The notes below the pieces were generated by a model that was not told where the DNA came from, did not search any database, and saw only the letters and a program-made list of their open reading frames with translations. The translations under genes were made by a program, and so were the position numbers. A stretch of 64,000 nucleotides of DNA from Candidatus Micrarchaeota archaeon. GTDB taxonomy: Archaea > Micrarchaeota > Micrarchaeia > Anstonellales > Bilamarchaeaceae. Positions within the stretch are counted from its first letter, which is position 1. The number at the start of each line of letters is the position of its first letter. Below are positions 47,539 to 58,233 of this stretch, one piece after another. The stretch covers positions 18,007-82,006 of the forward strand of contig CAZKHX010000001.1 in the NCBI GenBank assembly GCA_964552755.1, written 5' to 3'.

Positions 47539-47934
47539 ATGCATAGGTTCCTGGAGCACACCTCGGACGAGCTCCTCGAGGTGAAGAGCCCTGATTTTGC
47601 AAGCGCGTTCCGGGAGCTTGCGGAAGCGACGTTTACGCTTATAGGGAAAGGCGGGAGCGAAGGGCATTCCATCACCATAAAGGCGTCGGCCGATGATTTC
47701 GGGGCACTCGCGGTGAAGCTGCTTGAGGACCTCGTGGTTCAGTGCGAGCTCACGCCCCTTTCTCCGGTGCGTGCCGAAGTGGTGAGGGCGGACCCTGAGA
47801 AGAAGGAAGTGGAGATGAAAATCCACGGGGAGAGGAAGAACCCGAAGAACGTGATAAAGGCGGTTACTTACGGGATGCTCATTGCGGAGAAGACGGCAGA
47901 GGGATGGCACTTCCAGGTGCTTTTTGACATATAA
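47539..47934 (+). CDS. Archease (RtcB cofactor)
   Basis: FLEHTSD, IKAVTY, VLFDI C-terminus. Confidence 0.93.
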   Translation: MHRFLEHTSDELLEVKSPDFASAFRELAEATFTLIGKGGSEGHSITIKASADDFGALAVKLLEDLVVQCELTPLSPVRAEVVRADPEKKEVEMKIHGERKNPKNVIKAVTYGMLIAEKTAEGWHFQVLFDI

Positions 47935-47964
47935 CTGAATTACGGGGAGTCTATGTAACCCTGG

Positions 47965-48573
47965 TTACATTGGCTCATACCGGACCTTCCTGTTTTCTAC
48001 AATAAAGCGGCCCTTGCAGAAGTCCGCCACCACTTTCCTCATGAGCTTGTGCTCATAGGGCAGAATCTTCTCGGAAACCTCATCCGCGCTTTTGCAGCCC
48101 CCGATGTAAACTGCGGTCTGCTCGATTATCGGCCCGGTATCCATGCCCCCGTCCACGAAATGCACTGTGCAGCCCGAAACCTTCACCCCGTAATCAAATG
48201 CCTGCCCCTGTGCGTGCAGCCCCGGGAAAGAGGGCAAAAGCGCAGGGTGGATATTTATCATTTTCCACTTGAACGGCTCAAGCAGCGTTTCAGTAACTAT
48301 GCGCATGTACCCCGCAAGCACAACGAGCCCGACCCCTTTCTCCTTCATTATCTCAGCGGTGCGCGCATCCATCTCCTTCTTGCTCCCAAAACCTTTCCTC
48401 TCAACCACTTCTACGGGGATGCCGTTGCTCTCTGCCCGCTCTATCGCCTTTGCCTCAGGATTATCGGTAACGAGCACAACAATTTCCGCATCGATGTCTT
48501 CTTCCTTTATCCCGTCTATTATCGACTGGAAATTGCTCCCCCTCCCGCTAGCAAGCACGCCTATCTTGAGCAT
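47965..48573 (-). CDS. purN: Phosphoribosylglycinamide formyltransferase
   Basis: ASGRGSN, LAGYMRI, NIHPALLPSFPG, GCTVHFVD..MDTGPII. Confidence 0.97.
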   Translation of the reverse strand: MLKIGVLASGRGSNFQSIIDGIKEEDIDAEIVVLVTDNPEAKAIERAESNGIPVEVVERKGFGSKKEMDARTAEIMKEKGVGLVVLAGYMRIVTETLLEPFKWKMINIHPALLPSFPGLHAQGQAFDYGVKVSGCTVHFVDGGMDTGPIIEQTAVYIGGCKSADEVSEKILPYEHKLMRKVVADFCKGRFIVENRKVRYEPM

Positions 48574-48603
48574 GATTAGAATGCGCAGCCCGCTCTTAAA
48601 AAC

Positions 48604-49152
48604 CTATTTCCTGCAGCGGATTATTTCCTTCTCGGTGACTATGATGTCTACGGGCACATCATGCTTCTCCTTTGGCAGCGAGTCCACCACCTGGAATGAG
48701 AATGCAATCCCGACCTTCAGCACATTCCTCTTCCCCTTCAGGTACTTGTCATAATAAGCGCGCCCGCGGCCTATTCGGTTGCCCTTGCGGTCAAAAACCA
48801 CCCCGGGCACGATTACGAGGTCCTTTCCCGTTGCGTATTCCTTCTTTGCAGGCTCGGGGACGTTGTACGACCCGTTCTTGGTCTGGTGCACGGGGCTGTA
48901 CTTCACGAATTTCATGTCCTCGCCCTCGACCACCGGCACGAGCACGTTTTTTCCCCCCACCCAGCAGTGCTTTATCATAGCGAGCGTCTGCACCTCGTCG
49001 TCTTTTGCAAGGTAGAAGCCGATTTTTTTCGCCTTCCTGAACTCCGGGAGGCCGAGGAGCTTCTGCATCACCTTCTCGCTGAGGAACTCGCGCTCCTCCT
49101 CCGCAAGCTCCTTCCTCTTTTTGAGCATCTCATTCCTGAGGGACTGCTTCAT
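48604..49152 (-). CDS. 5-formyltetrahydrofolate cyclo-ligase
   Basis: KQSLR, VPGVVFDRKGNRIGRGRAYYDKYL, HDVPVD..TE. Confidence 0.93.
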   Translation of the reverse strand: MKQSLRNEMLKKRKELAEEEREFLSEKVMQKLLGLPEFRKAKKIGFYLAKDDEVQTLAMIKHCWVGGKNVLVPVVEGEDMKFVKYSPVHQTKNGSYNVPEPAKKEYATGKDLVIVPGVVFDRKGNRIGRGRAYYDKYLKGKRNVLKVGIAFSFQVVDSLPKEKHDVPVDIIVTEKEIIRCRK

Positions 49153-50356
49153 ACACTTCCTCCATCATGTAGAAAGTACCTGTTGCCACTACCATTCCAT
49201 CTTTTGGCGTTTTGGAGAGTGCAAGCCGCATTGCTTCCGCAGGGCTTTCAGCAGCCTCTGCAGCACAGTATTTTGCGGCTTCTTCAGCCAAAACATCAGG
49301 CTCTTCTGCTCTTTCCGTTTTTGGCTTTGTTAATATAAACCTTTGTGCCACCCCCGAAAGCAGCCCCAGCATTCTCTTCCAGTCCTTGTCCTTCATGCAG
49401 CCGAACACGACTGTGGCATCCTTTTTCCCGAAGAGCCGCACCGCCTCCACGAGCGCCTCCACCGCTGCCGGGTTGTGCGCCACGTCCGCCACCACCAGCG
49501 GCTTTGTCCGAAGCACCTCCATCCGCCCCCTTATCCTTGCCCCCGCAAGCCCCTTCCTTATCGCATCCTCAGGGCACCCGAGAAGCTCCGCACCGCATAC
49601 CGCGAGCCCGGCATTCGCCACCTGGTGCGCCCCCACAAGCTTAGTGCTGAGGCTCTCATAAGAGCCCTTCCCCGAATAGCCGAACACGCACCCCCCGGGA
49701 TTCACTGAGAGCGGGAAGCATTCGAAGTCCTCCCCGTAGGCGCTGAGGGGCACGCCCCTCTTCCTCGCTTCCCTCCGTATCACTTCGAGCCCGTTCCCCG
49801 CGCCGGTCACTGCAGGGCCGGACTTCATTATCCCGGCCTTCTCGAATGCAATCTTATCGACAGTGTCTCCGAGCCAGCGCGAATGCTCAATCGAAACATT
49901 GGTAACTATCGAAAGCGCCTCCTCCGCAACGTTCGTTGCGTCAAGGCGCCCGCCCATCCCTACCTCCATTACTGCGAATTCCGCACCCTCTTTCGCAAAC
50001 CAGTCGTACGCCATAGCAGTAACTGCCTCAAAATAGGTAATCGCATGCCCGGAATCCACCCATTCCCTCACCCTTCTTTCATACCCCTCAATCTCCCCCG
50101 GGCCCATCCCCTTTCCATCTACGCTCAGCCTCTCTGAAAACCTGAGCAGGTGCGGGGAATAATACGAGCCGGTGCGGAAGCCCTGCGCCTGAAGGATGGA
50201 GCTGAGCATCGCGGTTACCGAGCCCTTGCCGTTGGTCCCGCCCACCAGCACGGCCTTCATTTCCCCCTGCGGGTCCCCCCAATCCGACAGCAGGGCTTCC
50301 ACCCTTTCAAGCCCCGGGATTGAGCCGAACCGCTCAAGGAAAGAAAAATGTTCCAT
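49130..50356 (-). CDS. folC: Folylpolyglutamate/dihydrofolate synthase
   Basis: GTNGKGS, SPHL, EVGMGGRLDATN, DVAHNP, KDKD. Confidence 0.95.
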   Translation of the reverse strand: MEHFSFLERFGSIPGLERVEALLSDWGDPQGEMKAVLVGGTNGKGSVTAMLSSILQAQGFRTGSYYSPHLLRFSERLSVDGKGMGPGEIEGYERRVREWVDSGHAITYFEAVTAMAYDWFAKEGAEFAVMEVGMGGRLDATNVAEEALSIVTNVSIEHSRWLGDTVDKIAFEKAGIMKSGPAVTGAGNGLEVIRREARKRGVPLSAYGEDFECFPLSVNPGGCVFGYSGKGSYESLSTKLVGAHQVANAGLAVCGAELLGCPEDAIRKGLAGARIRGRMEVLRTKPLVVADVAHNPAAVEALVEAVRLFGKKDATVVFGCMKDKDWKRMLGLLSGVAQRFILTKPKTERAEEPDVLAEEAAKYCAAEAAESPAEAMRLALSKTPKDGMVVATGTFYMMEEVYEAVPQE

Positions 50357-50409
50357 GTTGTTCATTCGAGGTGGGCAACACTTAAAAATCCCATCTTCCC
50401 AGTAGGCGC

Positions 50410-50880
50410 ATGCAGAAGTTTTACCGCCTTCTGTACCCCATGAGGGTCTGCCTCATCTCCAGCGCTTACGGGAGGAAGGAGGATGTGATGCCTGCCGCAT
50501 GGGTTTTCCCGCTTTCCGCAGACCCTCCCTATTTCGGGGTCTGCGTGACCAAAAAGCGGCATACTTACTCCCTCATCCGGAAGAGGAAAGCATTTGGCAT
50601 AAATACTGCAGGGCCGCGCATGAAGAAGCTCATTGGGCAGGCCGGCACCACGACCGGCTCCAAGGTGGACAAGTTTTCGCAATTCAAAATCCCGAAAGAG
50701 TATGGGCAATTGAGAGTGCCCCTTCTCAAGAACTCGCCCGTGAGCATCGAATGCAGGCTCGTGAAGGAAATCGAAATGGGCGACCACATTCTGCTTGTGG
50801 GCGAGGTGGTGGGCGCGGTGCAGAGGAAGAAGGCAAAGGGGATTTACCAGTCTGAAGGCTCCAAATTGGTGGAATTCTAG
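50410..50880 (+). CDS. Flavin reductase-like (flavoredoxin) protein
   Basis: LYP...LISS, MPAAW, SADPP, ECRL, GDHILLVGEV. Confidence 0.88.
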   Translation: MQKFYRLLYPMRVCLISSAYGRKEDVMPAAWVFPLSADPPYFGVCVTKKRHTYSLIRKRKAFGINTAGPRMKKLIGQAGTTTGSKVDKFSQFKIPKEYGQLRVPLLKNSPVSIECRLVKEIEMGDHILLVGEVVGAVQRKKAKGIYQSEGSKLVEF

Positions 50881-51692
50881 GGCTTTGCGCACTCCAGCAC
50901 GTTTTCCATGAGCATTGCGACTGTGAGCGGCCCGACGCCTCCAGGCACAGGGCTCACGTTCGCCCTCTGCGAAACCCCCTCAAAATCAACATCCCCCACG
51001 ACTTTCCCTTCCACGCGGTTTATTCCCACGTCCACGACAAAGGCCCCTTCCTTCACCATTTCCGCAGTGATAATGCCTGGCTTCCCAACTGCGGCAACCA
51101 GCACGTCCGCCCTGCGCGCATGCTCCGCAAGGCCCTTTGTGCGCGAATGGCACAGCGTTACGGTCGCATTTGCATTAGTAAGCAGGTAGGAAACCGGCTT
51201 GCCGACCATGCTGCTCCTGCCCACGACGATAGCTTCGGAACCCGCAAGCTCCGCGCCATAGTGCCTGAGCATCTCCATCACCCCTTTTGGGGTGGCCGGC
51301 ACGATGGAAGGGCTCCCCTGCGCAAGCCTCCCCACATTGAGCGGGTGCAGGCCGTCCGCGTCGCGCGCGGGAGAAACCGCCTCCACGACCTTCTGCGCAT
51401 CCAGGTGCACGGGCAGGGGCAGCTGCACTATCATGCCCCCGGTTTCCTTCTTGTTCAATTCCTCAATGAGCGAAAGCAATTCCTCTTCAGGGCAATCTTC
51501 CGGGAGCTCGTGCGCCTCGCCCTTTATCCCCAGCTCCCCAGCCTTCTTCACCTTCTTCTTCACGTAAATTTCCGAAGCCGGGTCAAAGCCGACCTTCACA
51601 ACATCCAGCGTGGGCTGGAAATCCAGCGCCTCCACCGCTTCCTTCACCCTCTGCTCCACCTTCTCTGCAACCGGCTTTCCTTCAAGAATCAT
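50877..51692 (-). CDS. folD: Methylene-THF dehydrogenase/cyclohydrolase
   Basis: YVKKK, VQLPLP, DADGLHP, PATPKG, GRSSMVGKP, PVPGGVGP. Confidence 0.97.
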   Translation of the reverse strand: MILEGKPVAEKVEQRVKEAVEALDFQPTLDVVKVGFDPASEIYVKKKVKKAGELGIKGEAHELPEDCPEEELLSLIEELNKKETGGMIVQLPLPVHLDAQKVVEAVSPARDADGLHPLNVGRLAQGSPSIVPATPKGVMEMLRHYGAELAGSEAIVVGRSSMVGKPVSYLLTNANATVTLCHSRTKGLAEHARRADVLVAAVGKPGIITAEMVKEGAFVVDVGINRVEGKVVGDVDFEGVSQRANVSPVPGGVGPLTVAMLMENVLECAKP

Positions 51693-52639
51693 GCGCTTGC
51701 CTCCTTCTTTTCCGCCTTCGCCTCTTTCCCCACTTCATCTATTATCATGCTCAGCTGCTCGTCCATGTACCTTGCATTGCCCGCTATCGCAGTGTATGTC
51801 TCAAGCTTTTCCTGGGATTGTATCTCTTCCGCAAGCGGGGCCTGCTTCATTTTCCCCCCAGGGGTTATCTCAAATTCGTAAAGGTGGGCCAGCCCCAGTT
51901 TTTTAAGCAATAAATCCCTCTCGCTGCGTGCCTCTTCAAGGTCGGCCTTCACTCCCTCGAGGTCCGCCTCCATCTGCTCCATCTTGGCGGTTTCCTCCGG
52001 GGTGCGGTCTTTTTTGCCCTTGAGCAGGTTCATCGCCTCTTCAGCGGCCAGCCCGTAATCCGCCAGCCATACTGCGCTTTTATATACGTACGCGTTCAGC
52101 TCCTTGAGCTCCTTCAGGTCGTCAAGCACAGTGGTTATCTCGGCCTCGTCCTCTGCCTCCTTGGGCTCAATCTTCCCCGCCTTCTTCCCTTTCTTCACTT
52201 CAGGCCCAACCCCATAATCCTTGCCCTGCAGGTACTCAAGCGCTATCCTGTACCCCTTGAACCCGCCTATCAATTCCGCCTTCTTTACGGCCTCAAGCTC
52301 CACCTTGGAAGGGATGTCCTTGCCCTTTTCCCTGTATTCAGCGATGTCTATCTTTATCGCAGAAGCCGGGTCCTTGCTCATAATCAGCTTCTTGAGCTCC
52401 CAGTTGAGCGCTGAGAATGGGCTGCTGCTTTTCGCGGCCTTGTCCACAAGCCCCTTTTTCTCCCCGGCAGTCAGCTTGATGTGCACATCTATGTACTCGT
52501 ACTTGTGCAGGAGCCAGTCTACCTTGTCCTCAAGCACTTTTCTCTTTTTGGCGAGGCCTCCCCCCTTTTTCTGCACCTGCGTCTGGGCGCCCATAAGAAT
52601 ATTGCTGAACGATTGTTTAAATTGGTTACCTTCCGGCAT
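51689..52639 (-). CDS. Hypothetical Lys/Glu-rich coiled-coil protein between glyA and folD (start uncertain, possibly 52594)
   Basis: Stop overlaps the folD start (ATGA); no recognisable motif. Confidence 0.65.
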   Translation of the reverse strand: MPEGNQFKQSFSNILMGAQTQVQKKGGGLAKKRKVLEDKVDWLLHKYEYIDVHIKLTAGEKKGLVDKAAKSSSPFSALNWELKKLIMSKDPASAIKIDIAEYREKGKDIPSKVELEAVKKAELIGGFKGYRIALEYLQGKDYGVGPEVKKGKKAGKIEPKEAEDEAEITTVLDDLKELKELNAYVYKSAVWLADYGLAAEEAMNLLKGKKDRTPEETAKMEQMEADLEGVKADLEEARSERDLLLKKLGLAHLYEFEITPGGKMKQAPLAEEIQSQEKLETYTAIAGNARYMDEQLSMIIDEVGKEAKAEKKEASA

Positions 52640-53861
52640 AGAGCGGGAACTGGCCGCAAAGCGCCTTCACTTCCTCCTTTATCTTGGCGAGCAGTATCTC
52701 ATCCACTTTCCTGCCCAGGACCCTTGCAATCATCTGCCCGATTTCCTTCATCTCGCTTTCCTTCAGCCCGCGGGTGGTGAGCGCAGGGGTGCCGAGGCGT
52801 ATGCCGCTTCCTATGAACGGCTTCTGCTTGTCATACGGGATTGTGTTCCGGTTGCACACGATGCCTGCCTTTTCGAGCGCCTGCTCCGCCTCCTTGCCCG
52901 TGATCCCCTTGTCAGAAAGGTCCACAAGCAGGAGGTGATTGTCCGTGCCGCCCGAAACAAGGCGGAAGCCGCGCGCCTGCAATTCCTCTGCGAGCGCCTG
53001 CGCGTTCCTCACAATCTGCTGTGCGTACTCACTGAATTCCGGCTCCATCGCATTGTGGAAGCATACTGCCTTCGCCGCGGTCACATGGTTGAGCGGCCCT
53101 CCCTGCGAGCCCGGGAACACCGCCTTGTCTATCTGCTTCGCGAGCCCCTCCCTGCACATTATCATCGCGCCCCTCGGGCCCCTCAGGCTCTTGTGCGTGG
53201 TGGTGGTGATGACGTCCGCATACTTTGCGGGCGATGGGTGCGCACCCCCTGCGATGAGCCCTGCAATGTGCGCAATGTCCGCCATGAGATAGGCGCCGCA
53301 CGCATCTGCAATCTCCCTGAATTTGTCGAAATGCACTGCCCTCGGGTAGGCGGTGTAGCCGCACACGATTACTTTGGGCTTCTCCTCTTCCGCCTGCTTC
53401 CTTATCGCATCGTAATCCAGCTGCTCGGTCTCCTCGTCTACCGCATAGCTTACCGCATTGTACCTCTTCCCGGAGAAGTTTACCGGGCTGCCGTGCGTGA
53501 GGTGGCCGCCCTGCGAGAGCTCAAGGCCCATGAGCTTGTCCCCGGTTTCCATGAGCGCGAAGTAGGCGGCATAGTTCGCAATGGAGCCGGAGTAGGGCTG
53601 CACGTTTGCGTGGTCCACCCCGAAAAGCTCTTTTGCGCGGGTGCGCGCAAGGTCCTCCACCGCGTCTATGTATTCGTTGCCCCCGTAATACCTCTTGTAG
53701 GGGTAGCCCTCTGAGTACTTGTTCGTGAGCACCGAGCCGGTTGCCTCCAGCACCTCCTGCGGCGCATAGTTTTCCGAGGCAATGAGGTTGATTGTGCCCC
53801 TCTGCCTGTCCAGCTCCTTCCTCACCAATGAGTAGACCTCAGGGTCTGCATCCTTCAGCAT
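52626..53861 (-). CDS. glyA: Serine hydroxymethyltransferase
   Basis: [34 protein letters not shown]. Confidence 0.98.
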   Translation of the reverse strand: MLKDADPEVYSLVRKELDRQRGTINLIASENYAPQEVLEATGSVLTNKYSEGYPYKRYYGGNEYIDAVEDLARTRAKELFGVDHANVQPYSGSIANYAAYFALMETGDKLMGLELSQGGHLTHGSPVNFSGKRYNAVSYAVDEETEQLDYDAIRKQAEEEKPKVIVCGYTAYPRAVHFDKFREIADACGAYLMADIAHIAGLIAGGAHPSPAKYADVITTTTHKSLRGPRGAMIMCREGLAKQIDKAVFPGSQGGPLNHVTAAKAVCFHNAMEPEFSEYAQQIVRNAQALAEELQARGFRLVSGGTDNHLLLVDLSDKGITGKEAEQALEKAGIVCNRNTIPYDKQKPFIGSGIRLGTPALTTRGLKESEMKEIGQMIARVLGRKVDEILLAKIKEEVKALCGQFPLYAGR

Positions 53862-53930
53862 AAGCCCACATGGGAACTATTGGGCAGATGGTTAAAAAAA
53901 GCAACGCTCTGCCCTTCCCGGAGGTTCCTT

Positions 53931-55328
53931 CTACTGATAGGGATTTATGGTGTCGAGAGTACTGGTTGGCACCGTGCCGGTGTACGGCACGATCTTAATC
54001 TGCCCGGCGCGCACTGCCGCCTCGAGCGCCTCGAGGTCCGCCTTGGAAACCTCCTTCCCGTCAATATAGGCAGTTTTCATTTTTGCCATCTGCAGAACGC
54101 CCATGACGGTCATGTCCGTGGGCTTAGCACCTATCCTGCCCTCTTTAAGCGCCTTATTGAAGGACTTAACCCTGCCTTCAAAAGCGGTATCCGCTCCCCA
54201 TTCTATCATGATGCTGTGAGTTTCGCCCCCGCTTTCGAACGTATATGGCACATGGACGGTTGTTTCCATCGGGGCGATATATGAAGGCCATTCAAGCTCT
54301 TCCCCTGCGGCTTTTTCCGCCCCTTTTTCCTTTGCTTTCACTTCCACCTCTTTCTTGCCCCCCGCCTTTACCTTCCCGGTTGCCGCTTTGCCGGCCTGCG
54401 CCTCTGAAAGTTCGGCTGCTTTTGACTCGCCCCCCGCGATTTCGCCGAGGCCGCCTTTCCCCGTCTCAGCCTTCTTCGCCTTTTTGGCCTTCTCGATAAC
54501 TTCCTCAATGTCAGAAGCGGATTCCTCCTTTTTCTTCGTAACAGGAGGAGCGCCAAGCGATGCAAGCAGCGCATCCGCCTCCTTGCTGTATTTCGGCTTG
54601 CCTTTGCCTTTTTTCGCCTTTGGCGCAGGTTTCGCGGCAGTTTCCTTCTCAATAGCGGCAACGATGCCCGCGCCCTTGGCTGCCTCGGCAGCCTTCTTTT
54701 TCTTCTCTTCCTCTTCCTTGAACTGCCCCGGCATCACCGTGGGCTCGAAAGTCCCCCTCGCCTCCGCGAGCAGGCCCTCCTTCTTCTTGCCCGTTGCGGG
54801 CTTTTTCTTCGGGGCCTTCGCAACCTTGGTTTCCGGCGCCTTCTCCGCCTTTGCCTTTTCCGGCTCCATCGCGGCAAGGAGACCAGCGCCTTTCGCCGCT
54901 GCCTCGGCTTCCTTGCTTACAGGGCCCGTGGAGGCCACCAGCTTGCGCCTTTCGGAAATGCTTACGACTTCCCCGCCTTCGCCATAAACCTTGACATCCA
55001 TGGTCTTGGCGAGCAGCTCCTTTGCGGAAAGTTTCTCCATTTCCCCCACTGTTGTGGAGAACAAGTATGCCGTCCCCTGGTATTCCTTCTCAAAGTTGTA
55101 GGCCTCTTCCCGCATTTCCTCCCGTTCGAATGGGCTGAGCCAGTGCTCGCCCTCCTTGAACGCAACGCCCTTCTGCAGGAGCAAATCATCCATTTTTGCT
55201 CCCTCCGGGATTGGCTCCTTTGAATAGACCTCTAGCTTGTGCCCTTTGTAATCAGTCTCGAACTGAAGCTCCATCTTCTTTTCCGGCCCTTTTGCTTTCT
55301 GCTTGGCATCAGCCATGTTGAACACCAT
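53931..55328 (-). CDS. Hypothetical protein with long Ala/Lys/Glu low-complexity linker
   Basis: Repeated AAKGAG(L/I)xAAxE motif; globular-looking ends. Confidence 0.7.
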   Translation of the reverse strand: MVFNMADAKQKAKGPEKKMELQFETDYKGHKLEVYSKEPIPEGAKMDDLLLQKGVAFKEGEHWLSPFEREEMREEAYNFEKEYQGTAYLFSTTVGEMEKLSAKELLAKTMDVKVYGEGGEVVSISERRKLVASTGPVSKEAEAAAKGAGLLAAMEPEKAKAEKAPETKVAKAPKKKPATGKKKEGLLAEARGTFEPTVMPGQFKEEEEKKKKAAEAAKGAGIVAAIEKETAAKPAPKAKKGKGKPKYSKEADALLASLGAPPVTKKKEESASDIEEVIEKAKKAKKAETGKGGLGEIAGGESKAAELSEAQAGKAATGKVKAGGKKEVEVKAKEKGAEKAAGEELEWPSYIAPMETTVHVPYTFESGGETHSIMIEWGADTAFEGRVKSFNKALKEGRIGAKPTDMTVMGVLQMAKMKTAYIDGKEVSKADLEALEAAVRAGQIKIVPYTGTVPTSTLDTINPYQ

Positions 55329-55373
55329 GCTGATATTTGCTCATCCGCCCTTAAAAATAGTATCTTTGGCCCC

Positions 55374-56261
55374 CTACTCCTTCCCCTCTGAGCCTACTCC
55401 CTGGATAATATCGGCCAATATCTTGGTGAGCGGCTCCTTTGCGCCCTTCTTGGGCACTTTCACCTCCACCACTTTGCCGCCCACACGAATGTGGAACTTG
55501 CCCTCCCCGCCGTCAAAGAGGGAAAAGCCCTGCTTAAGCAGCATCCCGAGCTCTATCTCCTCAACGTCCCAGTTGCCGTCCTTGTCCTGCGCCAGCGCAA
55601 CCAGGCTGGATGAGCCCGGCTCCATTATGAAGAGCAGGCCGTTCTTGGAAAAGATTTTCACGCCCTTCTTGGGCTTCCAGGGCAGCTCTATCTCCATGGG
55701 CTGCGCTCCGGTATACTCGGACTTCACGAAGTCCCAGTATTTGAGCGTCCCGTTGCTGCACAGGAGGTACAGCCTCCCGTCCGCAGCGGCCCACGCCGCA
55801 AGGTTGTCGCCCTGTGCCTCCCCGGAGAGCTTGAGCCGGTATTCCGTGCTCATTGAGAAGCCGCCCTTTTCTTCCATCATGAGTGCGTTCCCAAGCATCT
55901 GCGCCCAGCCGGGCGCAATCACCGCATAGTTGTCAGAAATTATGAGCGTATGGGTGGCCGAAGGCTCAACAGCCTTCACCTTGCCCAGCTCCTGTGCGGT
56001 GGGCGTGATGAAGGTGGAATTGGAAATCCCCTCCTTCTTTTCGGTGAAGCTGAGCTCGCGGGTGACCTTGCTGAATTCCACCCACACCTCCATCGTCTTG
56101 TAGGAAAGGACGTGCGTCCAGTGCTTTTTCTCGCCCTTCGCGTACGGGAGCGGCTTCTTCAGGCTGTGGTGCGGCACAACCTCTTCCGCCTCGGGCCCTT
56201 TGGGCTTTTTCTTCGGGACCGCCTTCTTCTGCTTCTTCGCCCCTCCCTTTTTTTCAGGCAT
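55374..56261 (-). CDS. Hypothetical beta-rich protein with Lys-rich N-terminus
   Basis: 295-aa ORF; GGAG SD. Confidence 0.65.
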   Translation of the reverse strand: MPEKKGGAKKQKKAVPKKKPKGPEAEEVVPHHSLKKPLPYAKGEKKHWTHVLSYKTMEVWVEFSKVTRELSFTEKKEGISNSTFITPTAQELGKVKAVEPSATHTLIISDNYAVIAPGWAQMLGNALMMEEKGGFSMSTEYRLKLSGEAQGDNLAAWAAADGRLYLLCSNGTLKYWDFVKSEYTGAQPMEIELPWKPKKGVKIFSKNGLLFIMEPGSSSLVALAQDKDGNWDVEEIELGMLLKQGFSLFDGGEGKFHIRVGGKVVEVKVPKKGAKEPLTKILADIIQGVGSEGKE

Positions 56262-56333
56262 GCTACCGCTCCGTAATGATTTGCCTTATTCTAATTTTTA
56301 AACGGTTATGTTCACAATAATATTGGTGTTTGC

Positions 56334-56717
56334 ATGTGCCCCAAGTTCAAGCCCAAGAAAGCCGAGGAATTCGTATATGTGGACCTCAAGATGAATGATG
56401 CAGGCCTTGCCCAGAACATAATCGGAGACAATAAAGTGCTCGAAGGCCTTCAGAATGGGGACAAGGTGAAGGTCTCCCTCACGGTGGAAACATTCGGGGG
56501 GCAGTACAAGACAATGGAGTTCGATGCAATTTTCTACGCAGAAGGTGGACGCAGCGCAAGCGGCAAGAAGAAATATACGTTCAAGCTTGAGAAGGACCTG
56601 AGTGCAGATGAGCTGGCGCACGTGAATGAGTTCGCGGCGCAGAGCGGCACCAACGCATTCAAGACCGTTTCGCAGGACAAGCTGCCCGGGGGCGGCGCGA
56701 AAGTGCACAAGGGCTGA
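56334..56717 (+). CDS. Hypothetical protein
   Basis: 127-aa ORF with host-like codon usage. Confidence 0.65.
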   Translation: MCPKFKPKKAEEFVYVDLKMNDAGLAQNIIGDNKVLEGLQNGDKVKVSLTVETFGGQYKTMEFDAIFYAEGGRSASGKKKYTFKLEKDLSADELAHVNEFAAQSGTNAFKTVSQDKLPGGGAKVHKG

Positions 56718-56757
56718 GCGCATAAACCTTTTAATTCCTTATTCATGAGGTTATCCC

Positions 56758-57888
56758 ATGATTCCTCCGATGGAAACCTACTACTCGGACTTTATCGCAT
56801 TCCTGCAGACGCTGCCCGGCGGCCAGCCGACTGTGGCGTTCGTGCTGTTCGCGATAATGGCGATACTGCTCTATTCACTGGTCGTGCTCGTCATTTCAGC
56901 AATAAGAAGGCTGAGCGGCAAGACCAAGACCGAGCTGGACGACATAATCGTGGACCGGATAAGGAGGCCGCTCAAATACTTCGCCATAATAACCGCAATA
57001 TATCTCTCCATAGGGCTGGTGTACCCCGGCTTCGCCTTTGGGGACTATTCGCTGGAAAAGGTCTTTCTTATCGCACTGCTGCTGGGCGGCGCCTATGGCC
57101 TGGACCGGGTGATTGACGGCCTCATGCTTTGGTACGGCACGGAAATTGCGCCCAAGACCACCAGCAAATTCGATGACGAGGTATTCCCGCTGTTCAGGAA
57201 AATCGTGCGCGCGATAATCTATATACTCGTGCTCCTGATAATCCTCAGTGAGCTTGGGGTGGAGATTGCGCCGCTCATTGCCGGCCTCGGGATAGCGGGC
57301 CTTGCGGTTGCACTTGCCCTCCAGGACACCCTCCAGAACTTCTTCTCCGGGGTGTACATACTCGCGGACAAGCCCATCAAGCCCGGGGACTACATAGAGA
57401 TGGAGGGCATTGCGGGCACGGTTGAGGAAGTGGGCTGGAGGACCACCCGGGTCACCACCTGGGACAACAACAACGTCTACATACCCAACTCCAAGGTCGC
57501 GCAGAGCATAATCACCAACTACTACACCCCGGACATGGAGATGGGATATGCGATGGAGTTCGGCGCATCCTATGACGACGACCCGGACAAGGTCCTAGCG
57601 GCGCTGCTCAAAGCCGCCCAGGAGACCGCCAAGCGGACCGGCAAGGTTGTCGGTGAGCCCAGCGCCCGGGCGGACAGCTTCGGGGAAAGCTCGGTGAACT
57701 ACAAGGTTTTCGTGAAGGTGCCCACCAGGGTGGACAAGTTCACCGTTAAGGGGGAGATGATCAAGGAAGTCTACAATCAGTTCAAGAAGGCAGGCCTCAC
57801 CATACCGTTCCCCACGAGGACCGTCTACATTGAGGGCGAGGAAAAGCCGGTGAAGCTGGTGAAGAAAAAGAAGCGCCGCTCATCTTAG
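56758..57888 (+). CDS. mscS: Small-conductance mechanosensitive channel
   Basis: AGLGIAGLAVALALQDTLQNFFSG, KPIKPGDYI, IPNS, IPFP. Confidence 0.95.
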   Translation: MIPPMETYYSDFIAFLQTLPGGQPTVAFVLFAIMAILLYSLVVLVISAIRRLSGKTKTELDDIIVDRIRRPLKYFAIITAIYLSIGLVYPGFAFGDYSLEKVFLIALLLGGAYGLDRVIDGLMLWYGTEIAPKTTSKFDDEVFPLFRKIVRAIIYILVLLIILSELGVEIAPLIAGLGIAGLAVALALQDTLQNFFSGVYILADKPIKPGDYIEMEGIAGTVEEVGWRTTRVTTWDNNNVYIPNSKVAQSIITNYYTPDMEMGYAMEFGASYDDDPDKVLAALLKAAQETAKRTGKVVGEPSARADSFGESSVNYKVFVKVPTRVDKFTVKGEMIKEVYNQFKKAGLTIPFPTRTVYIEGEEKPVKLVKKKKRRSS

Positions 57889-58205
57889 TCCTTGCCAATC
57901 TTCTTTATTTTCTTCCCCGCCTTTTTGGCGGTCTTCCCCACTTCCGAGGCGGCCTCCACCACGGTGTCCGCGGCCTCGCCTATCACGTGCAGCTCCCTCC
58001 GCAGGCCGAGCAGGTAGAGACCGAGCACTACCATTATCAATGCAAAGGATACCCTCCACAGCGGAGACTCATGCATCTGGCTGACGATTTCCTGCGCGAT
58101 TACGAAAATGCCGGTAACGAAAAATGCGGCGCCTATGTTGTGCCTCGCCCTGTAGACTGCGCGCCTGAACTTCCCCAAAATTCCGCCGTTCTCCGCCTTG
58201 GCCAT
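57885..58205 (-). CDS. Small 2-TM membrane protein
   Basis: Two hydrophobic segments and a basic tail. Confidence 0.6.
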   Translation of the reverse strand: MAKAENGGILGKFRRAVYRARHNIGAAFFVTGIFVIAQEIVSQMHESPLWRVSFALIMVVLGLYLLGLRRELHVIGEAADTVVEAASEVGKTAKKAGKKIKKIGKD

Positions 58206-58233
58206 AGGGAACCATCGGAAAAAAGGTTAAAAG

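Noticed and set aside
26888-53714. Long antisense ORFs (e.g. 26888-28177, 28193-29386, 38652-39917, 52221-53714)
   Set aside because: Shadows of well-supported genes caused by GC-rich codon bias; no motifs.
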